From the NCBI GenBank assembly GCA_013416795.1, contig RQSC01000001.1:288189-305987 (forward strand): a DNA stretch of 17,799 nucleotides, read 5' to 3'. Below are positions 8,520-17,690 of the stretch, piece after piece (positions within the stretch are counted from its first letter, which is position 1; every line of letters starts with the position of its first letter). Source of the stretch: Prasinococcaceae sp. CCMP 1430 (Eukaryota > Plantae > Prasinodermophyta). The notes under the pieces are model-generated. The model had not been told where the DNA came from. It was given only the letters and a program-made list of their open reading frames with translations, and did not search any database. A program made the translations under genes and the position numbers.

Positions 8520-10856
8520 CTAGCGCAGCTCGAGCTGCTCGCGGGCGTCCTCCACGCTGTAGCTCTCAACGTCGCCGTCGTCGTACTTGACAGTCACCGG
8601 GAACCGATCGGCAGGTGACACGTCCACCACCCAGCCGGCGTACAGCTTGCCGTCCTCGAAGCGCTTGCGCACGCGCCGCCCCACCATCATGCCCGGCGGC
8701 AGGTACAGCTCGAGCTGGTCGCGGACGTCCTCCACGCTGTAGCTCTCAACGTCGCCGTCCTCGTACTCGACCGTCACGGGGAAGGGATCGGCCGGCGAGA
8801 CGTCCACCACCGTGCCAGCATACAGCTTGCCGTCCAAGAAGCGCTTGCGGACGCGGCACCCAACCACCATGCAGGGCGGCATGTGCGCGCGGTGCCGCGC
8901 GCGCTTGCCGGGTCCCAGTGCACGCACGCCCGAGGAATGGCCCGCCTCCTCGGTCGCCGACACGCAGGTGACCTCAATGATCCTGTAGACCGACGCGAGC
9001 GAGTGGTGCGCCGCCTCGGCCGCCCACACATAGCTTACCCCCAATGCCCCGTACACCGACACAAGCATGAGCGGTGCGAACGGCAGTACACCCGCACCGA
9101 AGAGTGCCGCATGGCCCACCTGCGCGTACGCCTCGACCGCCGCCAGGCCCAAGAGGTATGCGCGCTCGTGCGCGGCGAGCGGCACGGGCGCGCCGCCGCG
9201 CGCGGCGCGCACAGCCGCAGGCACGCACACCAGTGATGCGGCGAGGAGGCACGCGCGCAGCGGTGCCTCGCGCGGGGCGTGCAGCAGCGTGGCGCACGAG
9301 GCGCACGCCACGCCACTCAGCAGCACGAAGGCTCGCGATCCCCAGTCGCAGTGGAGACCGTCCACAACCATGGGCACGAGCACGGTGATCAGCGCCTTCT
9401 CGTGCACGTGGTAACCGAACATGACGCCGCTGAGATTGGCGAAGGCCACCGCGCGCCCGAACGCCCGCCAGCCGCCGCCGTCAACCCGCGCGCGCAGCGC
9501 CAAGGCGGCAACCGCGGGCGCCACTGCAAGCAGCACGCACGCCAGCGCCACCGCTGGGGGCACCCCGGGCAGCATGGCGAAGCCTCCCGCGCCCTCGCCG
9601 ACGAGGCCGCCGGTGAGGCCCGCTCCTGCACCTGAGACGCCCGCGCCCGCGCCGACAAGGCGCGCGGCGGGGGCGAGCGTCTTGTCGGCCGCGGCGTAGA
9701 GCGCCCACGCGTTGGGCGCCCAGAAGGCGTGCAGCAATCCGCGGCCGAACGGGAACAGCCGCGAGACCATCGCACGCAGCGCGCCTGCCCCGCCGGCGAC
9801 CAGCAGCGGCCCGACGCTCGCGGCGGCCATGCCGACCACCACGCCGGCGCACGCGGCTGCTCGGCGCAGCCGCGCGCCCACCCCCACGCCGCCCAGCACG
9901 TACCCCACCAGGAGCTGCGCGGCGTACACCGGCGCAGCGTAGACGTACAGGTGTTTGAGATTCACCAGCGCGGCGAACGCGAGCGCAGCCAGCGCGCCGC
10001 GGCAGCGGTATGCGTGTGGGTGCTCAATGCCGCGGCTGTCCGCGAGCAGCACCGCCGCGAGCTGCACGCCGCTGAGGGCGCCGTTGTACTGGAAGTGCAC
10101 GTGATCTACCAGCAGCAGGGCAGGATGCATCAGCAGCAGGCCGGCCACGGCCAAGCCGCGCGAGCCGCCGCCGTACCTTGTGGGTTGCGAGCGGGCGTGT
10201 CGCATGCGTGCGCCACCGCGTCAGCGCGCGATGGGTGCGCGTGGGTGCGCGTGGGTGCTCTAGTGCGCGCGCGTGTGTGTGTGTCCGCGCGTGTGGATTC
10301 GGACCCACGGAAAGACCCGCAGCATCCGCACCTACTGGCGACGCTCACTGTCGCTGCAGCGAGCACAGCGTCCGCGGCGATGACGCTCGCACGCATGAAG
10401 GGCACCGTCCCGCCACCTTCGTACGGCTCCGCTCGCAGCACCAGCATGCGCGCGTCCACGCGCGCGGCGAGCGCGGCCGCCGCGCGTTCGGCGTACGCAA
10501 ACAGCGGCGGGTAGTCGAGCGTCCACTGCGACGTCGCATCGGTGTACCACTCCGACAGCGGCAGGTGGTACGTCAACGCCTGCGCGCACGTGCGCGCTCG
10601 GGCGCGCATGCCCAGTCAGCGCATCCGCACGGGCTCGCGTGCGCGCTTGCGCTCGCCTCCAACCACACGGCACGCACACGCGCACGAGCAGCGCGCCGTC
10701 ACAACAGCGGCCACGCCCGCGTGAGGGTGGTGCTGAGCGGTCGCGCGCGTACCTTCCAGTTGCGATGCACCTCGAAGTCCGTCGAGCGGTACCCGACGCC
10801 AAGCAACGCCTTGAGCGCCGCCGCCGCGCAGAACAGGAGCGCCACGCCGCGCCCGA
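8520..10856 (-). CDS. ALG8: ALG8-type dolichyl-P-Glc:Glc1Man9GlcNAc2-PP-Dol alpha-1,3-glucosyltransferase (GT57) with a C-terminal extension of two Tudor-like repeats; exons about 10856-10753, 10579-10332, 10176-8520
   Basis: YRSTDFEVHRNW|ALTYHLPLSEWY..TSQWTLDYPPLFAYAE, LLVDHVHFQYNG, LVNLKHLYVY, RLFPFGRGLLHAFWAPNAWALY and FGYHVHEKA. The introns (173 and 155 nt) are GT-AG with GCTGAC branch points and compatible phases. The start lies in or next to the N gap. Confidence 0.92.
8526..8885 (-). repeat. 180-nt tandem duplication encoding two 60-aa Tudor-like domains
   Basis: Copies start at 8526 and 8706 (cagctcgagctg). They translate as VG.RVRKRF.DGKLYAG.VVDVSPAD.FPVTV.Y.DGDVESYSVED.R.QLEL. Confidence 0.9.
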
Positions 10857-10890
10857 CTGAGAGCGCGCGGCGCGGCGCGCCCGCTCGCCG

Positions 10891-11272
10891 NNNNNNNNNN
10901 NNNNNNNNNNNNNNNNNNNNNNNNNNNNNNNNNNNNNNNNNNNNNNNNNNNNNNNNNNNNNNNNNNNNNNNNNNNNNNNNNNNNNNNNNNNNNNNNNNNN
11001 NNNNNNNNNNNNNNNNNNNNNNNNNNNNNNNNNNNNNNNNNNNNNNNNNNNNNNNNNNNNNNNNNNNNNNNNNNNNNNNNNNNNNNNNNNNNNNNNNNNN
11101 NNNNNNNNNNNNNNNNNNNNNNNNNNNNNNNNNNNNNNNNNNNNNNNNNNNNNNNNNNNNNNNNNNNNNNNNNNNNNNNNNNNNNNNNNNNNNNNNNNNN
11201 NNNNNNNNNNNNNNNNNNNNNNNNNNNNNNNNNNNNNNNNNNNNNNNNNNNNNNNNNNNNNNNNNNNNNNNN
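10891..11272. other. Assembly gap (N run)
   Basis: 382 consecutive N. Confidence 0.99.
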
Positions 11273-11492
11273 GCGCCGCGCGGCCAGAGGCCACCGCGCG
11301 GGCCGCCCAGGGCGCAGCATTGAGTGCGTCGTCCGTCCGCGGCTCCTCGCGCATGCCGAGGGCAGCGGCGTGTCGCGCGCAGGCCCGCGCGGGGGAGACG
11401 CAAGGCGGCGAGGGCGGCGTTGGGCACGCGGTGCCGCCAGAGCTCGCGGCACCGGGTCGCGGCCCTGTCGCAGCCGTCCACCTCATCCCCCT

Positions 11493-12598
11493 CTAATCGT
11501 ACATGAGCTTGAGCTCGGGCGAGTAGTACACTTCGAACTCGACGAGCTCCGCGGTGGGCTCGCCGAAGAGCGACGCCTCGCCGTCGGGCGACAGTGCGTA
11601 GTCGCGGCCAAGGCGCGAGCGCGCCGTGCGCAGGTCGCCCCAGCCGGTGTCCTCCGCGCCCGGCCCGGCGATGCCGCCGCCCGCGGGCGACGCCGGCGGT
11701 CCCACGGCGAGCGCCTCGGCGCCCCACTGGGGGCCGCCGCGCGCCCAGTCGAAGAGCGGCCCCGGCCCGCCGATCTTGAGCACGCGCTGGGGCTGTGCGT
11801 CGCCCGCCGATCCCGCGGGCCACGCGAAGAGAAAGTCGTCCGCCTTCTCGCGGTAGTCGTCCGAGCTCATCCATGCGATCGGCGAGAAGGCACCGAAGCG
11901 CCGGCCGCTTGACGTGCGGCCGATCACCACGCACGGACCGCTCAGGTCGCACCGCTCGTGAAATTCGCGCGCACCCCAGCCGTCCCTGCGGCGCGGCGCG
12001 GCGCAGGACGGGGTCGGCGAGGGCAAGGGGATCAGGCCGCGCAGGAAAAAAAAGGGGGCGGGAGCGGCGGCGTCAGAAGAGGCGCGCACGAGTGAGGACC
12101 GCGGGCGTCGGGCGGAGCACGCGTCGCCGAAGCGGCGAGGCCGAGCGAACGCAGGCGCGCGTTCGCCCGCGCACCCGCTCGCTCGCGCGACCGCGAGTGC
12201 CGGTGAACGAGCGACAGTGCCGCATGCTCGCTCAAGCGAACGCGTGTGCGCGAGCGCGCAAGGCCGCATCGGGGCGGGGAAGGGGGCGGGGCAGGGGGGG
12301 CGGGGCGCACCTCGTGGCTTTGTAGGCCAGCGCCAGCTGTCGCCCCTCGAGGAAGGTCCCTCGCAGCAACGTGCACGGCTGGAACGGCAGCTGGTCGGGG
12401 GGGATGGTTTCAGCGCCCGGCGCATACACAGGATTGTCGCCGCCGCTCGCTGCGTCGCGCTCGCCCTGGCCCTCCGCCTCGCGCTCGCCGCCGAGGCCGA
12501 ACGGGAGCCAGCTGGCGAGGCGCTTTTCCGCCTCGGCGGCGACTGCGCGGTGGCTGTTGCCGCACCCGCCGCCTCCGCCGCCGCGCTCCCGGCAAAAC
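11493..12598 (-). CDS. TLD (TLDc) domain protein of the plant/algal, probably plastid-targeted, type; exons <12598-12311 and 11985-11493; 5' end in the gap
   Basis: Removing a 325-nt GTGCG...GCAG intron gives LAYKATR|DGWGAREFHERCDLSGPCVVIGRTSSGRRFGAFSPIAW (TLDc motif). It continues LFDWARGGPQWGAEAL..GP....GG.AGP...GDLRTARSRLGRDY, as in plant TLD proteins. Confidence 0.88.
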
Positions 12599-13027
12599 NN
12601 NNNNNNNNNNNNNNNNNNNNNNNNNNNNNNNNNNNNNNNNNNNNNNNNNNNNNNNNNNNNNNNNNNNNNNNNNNNNNNNNNNNNNNNNNNNNNNNNNNNN
12701 NNNNNNNNNNNNNNNNNNNNNNNNNNNNNNNNNNNNNNNNNNNNNNNNNNNNNNNNNNNNNNNNNNNNNNNNNNNNNNNNNNNNNNNNNNNNNNNNNNNN
12801 NNNNNNNNNNNNNNNNNNNNNNNNNNNNNNNNNNNNNNNNNNNNNNNNNNNNNNNNNNNNNNNNNNNNNNNNNNNNNNNNNNNNNNNNNNNNNNNNNNNN
12901 NNNNNNNNNNNNNNNNNNNNNNNNNNNNNNNNNNNNNNNNNNNNNNNNNNNNNNNNNNNNNNNNNNNNNNNNNNNNNNNNNNNNNNNNNNNNNNNNNNNN
13001 NNNNNNNNNNNNNNNNNNNNNNNNNNC
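12599..13027. other. Assembly gap (N run)
   Basis: 429 consecutive N. Confidence 0.99.
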
Positions 13028-13203
13028 CCGCGCGCCGCTTCGCGGAAGCCGATTTCACGCGCCGTCGGTTCCGGCGCCGCGCGCCGCGCAGCCGCCGCGC
13101 GCGCTGGCGATATCTCCTCCCCGCGCCTCGCGCACATTCGAATTTCATCACCGTGAAATAAAAAGCCACAAACGCCTTTGCGAGCGCGCCGTGCGGCCGC
13201 GAA

Positions 13204-13387
13204 CCACGGTCTGATGAACGTGTGTACCCGGTATGAGGTGGGGTCGACCCATGTAAATAGGTGGTCACACCGGGGGTGAGCCGCGGAGACCAGGCCGGCA
13301 TCGGCGGCCGGCGCGGCTGTTGGGCCGTTGGTCGCGACCCCGGTCTGAGAGGTGTCAGACGGCGGTTTGACGGCGGTCTGACCGGGG
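13204..13387 (+). ncRNA. Candidate box C/D snoRNA-like RNA
   Basis: TGATGA at 13212-13217 and CTGA at 13378-13381, with a terminal stem CGG(13207-13209)/CCG(13382-13384) in canonical k-turn spacing. It lies in intergenic DNA and has internal hairpins. Not confirmed by a covariance model. Confidence 0.4.
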
Positions 13388-13795
13388 ACGGGGCGCCGCC
13401 AACCACGCCAACCCGCGCGCGTGGAGCACACACTTCGACCTTCATTCTACGGCAATAGTCTATTCACACGTTCATGTACACCCTATGTTGTAACCCCTCA
13501 CACGAGAGAGTCCCTCCCAGCGTTTAAAAACGCGGAAATGTTAAAATTTCGATCGGCCTTCCGCGGGTTTGCGGCCTCGGGGACGCCGGCCGCTGACTGT
13601 GCGCACCGGCCGCCCCGGCCGGGGCGCACACGGGCCGAAACCTCAACCCCGCGCCGGCGACCCGACGCTCGCATCGCCCGAAAATACGTGCGATGTGATG
13701 TACATTTACAAACCCGATCATGTGATAAAACCGTAATTATTTGCGACGGCGGGCCACTTACTGCCGCTGCGCGGCAGCGCCGGGCGCCGAGGCGG

Positions 13796-13888
13796 GGCGC
13801 CGAGCACAGCGACGAGGGCGTCGGCTTCGACGTCGACGACACCGACAACACGACCGGCTCGTGGGAGGTGTACCAGGGCGACAAGGGC
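13796..13888 (+). other. Orphan coding-like segment (31 codons, GAEHSDEGVGFDVDDTDNTTGSWEVYQGDKG); parent gene unknown
   Basis: All 31 codons end in C/G with the same codon style as the enolase. The flanks are non-coding-like. Confidence 0.5.
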
Positions 13889-14307
13889 GCGGCTCTCGCG
13901 GCGCGGTCTGAGGAGGGGAGGAGGGGAGGAGGGGGGGAGGGGGGGGAGCGTAGGCCGACGCGCCGCGCCCGTGGTACAGCTCGGCGGTGCCGACGGATTG
14001 CCACTCGCAGCCAATGCGTTTTGGGCACGGGCCAGCGAGGTGGTAACCCTTTGATAAATGAAACCATTATTCATAACCCAAACCAACGCCGCCCGCGCGC
14101 GCGCCGCGCATCTTTTTTTTCGGGAGCGGTTTCGTTCGGCGCTGCATCGCGTCGGAGGGATGAGTTCGTGGTCTTATTTCGCGGGATATTCTACAATTGG
14201 GTGTGGTTTTCCCGTCGATTTGTGGGTGTGCGGCGCGTGTGGCCGCGCGTGGGCGTGCGGGGCGGACGCAAGGGCGGGGACGGCGCGTGGCGTGGCGCCT
14301 CGCCAAG

Positions 14308-15342
14308 GCGGAGGCCGAGCTGCCCAGCCCGGACGACGAGCCGCGCCTCGAGGTCGTCAACGTGGACCTCGCCGACGTCGACGCCGCGGGCGCGGCGTTC
14401 GCCGGCGCCGGCGCGGCGGTGTGGTGCGCACAGGGCGACGGCCGAGCGAGTAGCACCGCGCAGAAGGCGACGGGCTTCCTGGGCACCCTCGCACGCGCGC
14501 TCAGGATGCGCCTGACGGGCAACGGCGGCGGCGATGGCAGCGGCAGCGCGGGCGGCGCCTCGGGCGCCGTGCCGACGGGCAGCCGCGCGGTGCAGCCGAC
14601 CTCGCCGACCGCGCTCGACGCCGCCGCCGAGGCGCTCGCAGCGTCCGGCGGCCGGCTGGTGCTGCTCTCCAGTGCGGCTGTCACGCGCAACGCCTGGAAG
14701 GAGCGCAAGCGCGAGGAGCTCGCGGCGGTGGTCGACATCCCCATCGTCCGACTGAACCCTTTCGGTGTCCTCGACCAGGGCCGCCTCGCCGAGCAGCGCG
14801 TGCGCGAGAGCGGCGCGCAGTACGCCGTCGTGCGGCCCGTGGGGCTGCGCGACACGGACGGCGCCAAGAGCTGGCCCAGGGGCAGGCCGTGGCTGGCGCA
14901 GCACGACGTGCTGGTCGGGCGCGCGAACAGGGAGGACGTCGCCGCCGTGTGCGTCGAGGCGGCGCTGGCCCCGGCCGAGGCGGTCGCCGGCAAGACGTTC
15001 GAAATGATGACGCTCGTTGGCGAGGCGTACCCAGCGCCCAAGGAGGGCCTCGAGTACACCTTCTCGCTGCTGTACACCGACGAGCAGCGCGCGGCCATGG
15101 GCGAGGACGTCGGCTTCGGCGTGGACGGCAACAACGGCGACACGCTGTGCGCAGGCGAGCTGGCGGTCCGTACGTCCTTCCTTTCGGCGCAGCAGATGCT
15201 CCCTGGGGAGGTCCAGGACGCCACCCGCCTCGAGATGGGGCGCACGTACGAGCAGCTTGATGCCGGAAAGGTCGACCGCAAGCCCGGCGCCGCGCCCACC
15301 GAGCGCGAAGTCAAGGTCGCCACGGGCGCCGCCGCGCGCTAG
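14308..15342 (+). CDS. NAD(P)-binding Rossmann-fold (atypical SDR, TIC62/NAD_binding_10-like) protein; the N-terminal GxxGxxG strand is not visible
   Basis: LEVVNVDLAD, AVWCA, LVLLSSAAVTR, AEQRVRESGAQYAVVRPVGL, VGRANREDVAAVCV and GKTFE. The likely acceptor is caag| at 14307. Confidence 0.82.
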   Translation, partial: AEAELPSPDDEPRLEVVNVDLADVDAAGAAFAGAGAAVWCAQGDGRASSTAQKATGFLGTLARALRMRLTGNGGGDGSGSAGGASGAVPTGSRAVQPTSPTALDAAAEALAASGGRLVLLSSAAVTRNAWKERKREELAAVVDIPIVRLNPFGVLDQGRLAEQRVRESGAQYAVVRPVGLRDTDGAKSWPRGRPWLAQHDVLVGRANREDVAAVCVEAALAPAEAVAGKTFEMMTLVGEAYPAPKEGLEYTFSLLYTDEQRAAMGEDVGFGVDGNNGDTLCAGELAVRTSFLSAQQMLPGEVQDATRLEMGRTYEQLDAGKVDRKPGAAPTEREVKVATGAAAR

Positions 15343-15424
15343 AGGGGCGCCGCCGCAGGCGCGAGCGCGTGCGAGCGCACATGGACGCGGGTATGCCTTG
15401 GCGACACTGCTTATATAACATAGG

Positions 15425-15429
15425 TGTAA
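15425..15429 (+). promoter_or_regulatory. Candidate UGUAA polyadenylation signal of the Rossmann-fold gene
   Basis: TGTAA 83 nt after the stop at 15342. Confidence 0.4.
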
Positions 15430-15592
15430 CACACACACGTGTAGGCCGCACGGTGCACGCGCGCGCGCGCGCTCCAGGTTAGAGCTGCCGTCCCCTGAGG
15501 AGCGGGCGGTGTATCATAAATGTCGGCGCGCGGGCTCATCTGCGAGCCCCTCCCGAGCGTTGGACCCGCCGCCTGGGGCCAGCCCGCATCCC

Positions 15593-16888
15593 TCACAAAA
15601 GGCCTTCGTCGAAGCCCCCCTGCAGGTCGGCAATGATTGCGTCCACCTCGTGGGCGGGGGTCGCTTGCTGCGCCATCTGCTGGCGATGCTGCTCGGTGAG
15701 CGCGCGCACGATCTCCACCGCCCGCCCGAAGCACATCTCCGCGTCGGTGACCGACTGCAGCGCGCCCTGCCCCTCGACGCGCGCGTGCCTGCCCACGTGC
15801 CGGTAGCCAACATATTGCCGCATGGCCTCGTGCCCCCAGATGTCAGAAATGGAGTAGCGCTTCTCCGGTTCCCTCACGAGCATGCGCATGATGAGGTCCT
15901 CGGAGGGTGAGCGCCAAGGCATGGGCCGGGGCCCGACGAACCGCATGGCGCGCACGCTGCCGATGATCGTGAACAGGTTGCCAATCTCGGGGCGGCCCGC
16001 CGAGCCTGCCAGGCCGCCGAACGGCAGCTCGTGGTAGCGCAGGAAGTACAGCAACACCCCCAGCGACCACACGTCGGCCTTGTCGCCCTTGTACCTGTCG
16101 CCATTCCGCCCGCTGCTTCCCAGCACCTCGGGCGCCATGTAGGCCGGTGTGCCCACCGAGCTCTTCGGGTCACTGCCATCCTCTATGTTCCCCCCACGGC
16201 CCTTGCTCAACCCGAAGTCCACCACGCGCACCTCCTCATTGGGGCCCTTTAGCATGATGTTGTCGAGCTTGAGGTCGCGGTGGCACATGCGAAGGTCCTC
16301 GTGTATGTACTCGAGCGCAGAGAGCAGCTGCGCGAAGCGCTCCATTCGCCAGCGCTCGTCCCTGCCGCCCCGCGCGAGCGCTGTGCTGAGCTCGCCTCCG
16401 TCGCAGTATTCCGTCGCGATGGCGAGGTAGTACTCGCTCTTCCGCGGCGGCATGCCCGGTAGCGCGGCCGCGCGCTGATGGTGCACGATCAGGATGCTCT
16501 TGATCGCCGAGATGAAGCGGTGGTCGCACCGCCACAGGTTGACCACCTCGCGCTGCATGCGCGCCAGGCGGTTCTCGCGGCCGCAGCCCAGCAGCATGAA
16601 CTTGACGGCGTGCAGCGCGCCAGCGTCGGGCACGCCAGCGTCGCGCGCGGCTGAGAGTGCTTCCGTTGCGGCGGCGGCGGCGGCGGCCGGGGGCACCGCT
16701 CCCGATTGCGCAGGCACGGAGAGGGCCGCGGCCGCGCCCAGGTGGCGGTACAGCTTGCAGCCCAGCTCCTCGCATTGCGACCCCTCGCCGAGGTGCCCCT
16801 CGAATACGTAGCCGTGCGCGCGCAGGTCGGGGTACTCCAGCGAGGCCGCGCTGATGCTGCCCACGCGGCTAATGGACGCCGCGCGCAT
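15593..16888 (-). CDS. Ser/Thr protein kinase, CAMK group, divergent SnRK2-like; single exon, 431 aa
   Basis: AVKFM, QREVVNL, LAIATEYCDGGEL, CHRDLKLDN, DFGLSK, PKSSVGTPAYMAPEVL (compare SnRK2 PKSTVGTPAYIAPEVL) and ADVWSLGVLLY. Confidence 0.9.
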   Translation of the reverse strand: MRAASISRVGSISAASLEYPDLRAHGYVFEGHLGEGSQCEELGCKLYRHLGAAAALSVPAQSGAVPPAAAAAAATEALSAARDAGVPDAGALHAVKFMLLGCGRENRLARMQREVVNLWRCDHRFISAIKSILIVHHQRAAALPGMPPRKSEYYLAIATEYCDGGELSTALARGGRDERWRMERFAQLLSALEYIHEDLRMCHRDLKLDNIMLKGPNEEVRVVDFGLSKGRGGNIEDGSDPKSSVGTPAYMAPEVLGSSGRNGDRYKGDKADVWSLGVLLYFLRYHELPFGGLAGSAGRPEIGNLFTIIGSVRAMRFVGPRPMPWRSPSEDLIMRMLVREPEKRYSISDIWGHEAMRQYVGYRHVGRHARVEGQGALQSVTDAEMCFGRAVEIVRALTEQHRQQMAQQATPAHEVDAIIADLQGGFDEGLL

Positions 16889-17018
16889 CCTTTCAAAGGT
16901 CCCTCACCCCCACACCCCTCCCTCCCCACGCCCGCCCGCACACCCGCGTGCGCTCGCTCGCGCCGCGCGCGCACAGCTGGCGGCCGGGCGCTCGACACCC
17001 CATTCCAAAAGCCTGCGG

Positions 17019-17690
17019 ATTCCCGCGCGCGAGGCCCCGGAAAACGCGCGGCGAGGACGCATCAACTCCAATTCGCGCGGCCGTCCCGCGCGCCCGCTTT
17101 CGCGCGCGCGGCCCACGCCGGGCACCCGATGGATTACCCACGGGCGACTCCATCCATCTGAGGTGAATCCGAAGGGACGCCGAAAACCCTTGGGCCAAGT
17201 CACCAGATATTTTTTGGGTTTCAGGGTCTATGTACTGTACAATTTCATATCATATTTGATGTGTACACCGCCATCGGATGAGTTTCGGGTCGGAAGCGAT
17301 TCAGATTGTTGGATGAAGATGGCGCGCAGGCGGCATCTCCTGGCACGTGGGACCTTTACGGAATCCCAGATCCTAATCTCAAATACATGCAGCATCCACA
17401 TGCGGAAGAGAGTGCATGTACATCTACGCCGCGGGGTAATGGAATCCACTTTCGCGCGACATGTGGAATCCACTGGTCGGCGGCGGCGCGCACCGCCGTG
17501 CAACACCCGCTGAGCTCGGTCAAAACGAAAGGCGCGCGCCGGAATCCACAGCCAGGCCCACCACATCAACCATCAAAGCCGCGCGCGCGCCGAGAATGCA
17601 GGCGGAAACGCCATCAAAAGCGAAAGATTTGGGGTTTATTGTAGGGTTTCTGTATTAATGAGTTTTGATGTTAGTGTGTTTGGGTTCGGA
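17019..17690. promoter_or_regulatory. AT-richer intergenic/promoter region upstream of the kinase, with E2F-like (TTTCGCGC at 17098 and 17450) and telo-box (AAACCCT at 17184, TAGGGTTT at 17642) motifs
   Basis: There is a compositional drop in GC and the motif matches are direct. Function is inferred from known plant E2F and telo-box consensus sequences only. Confidence 0.4.

Noticed and set aside
8526-8885. Tandem repeat as a CRISPR array or LTR pair
   Set aside because: There are two adjacent in-frame copies with mostly synonymous divergence and no spacers or TG...CA ends; it is a protein domain duplication.
13342-13360. RNase P-like GGTCTGAGA...TCAGAC pair
   Set aside because: The GGAA of CR-I is absent and the two halves are adjacent rather than at opposite ends of an RNA; it is a simple hairpin.
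10178-13445. Long ORFs containing X runs
   Set aside because: Their length is created by translating through N gaps.
13751-13760. GGGCCACTTA, reminiscent of plant RNase MRP RNA
   Set aside because: The required GAAAGTCCCC and the distal GGGGCT P4 partner are missing.
14067-15438. Two long minus-strand ORFs (418 and 415 aa)
   Set aside because: These are shadows of the plus-strand Rossmann gene; stop codons are rare at this GC content.
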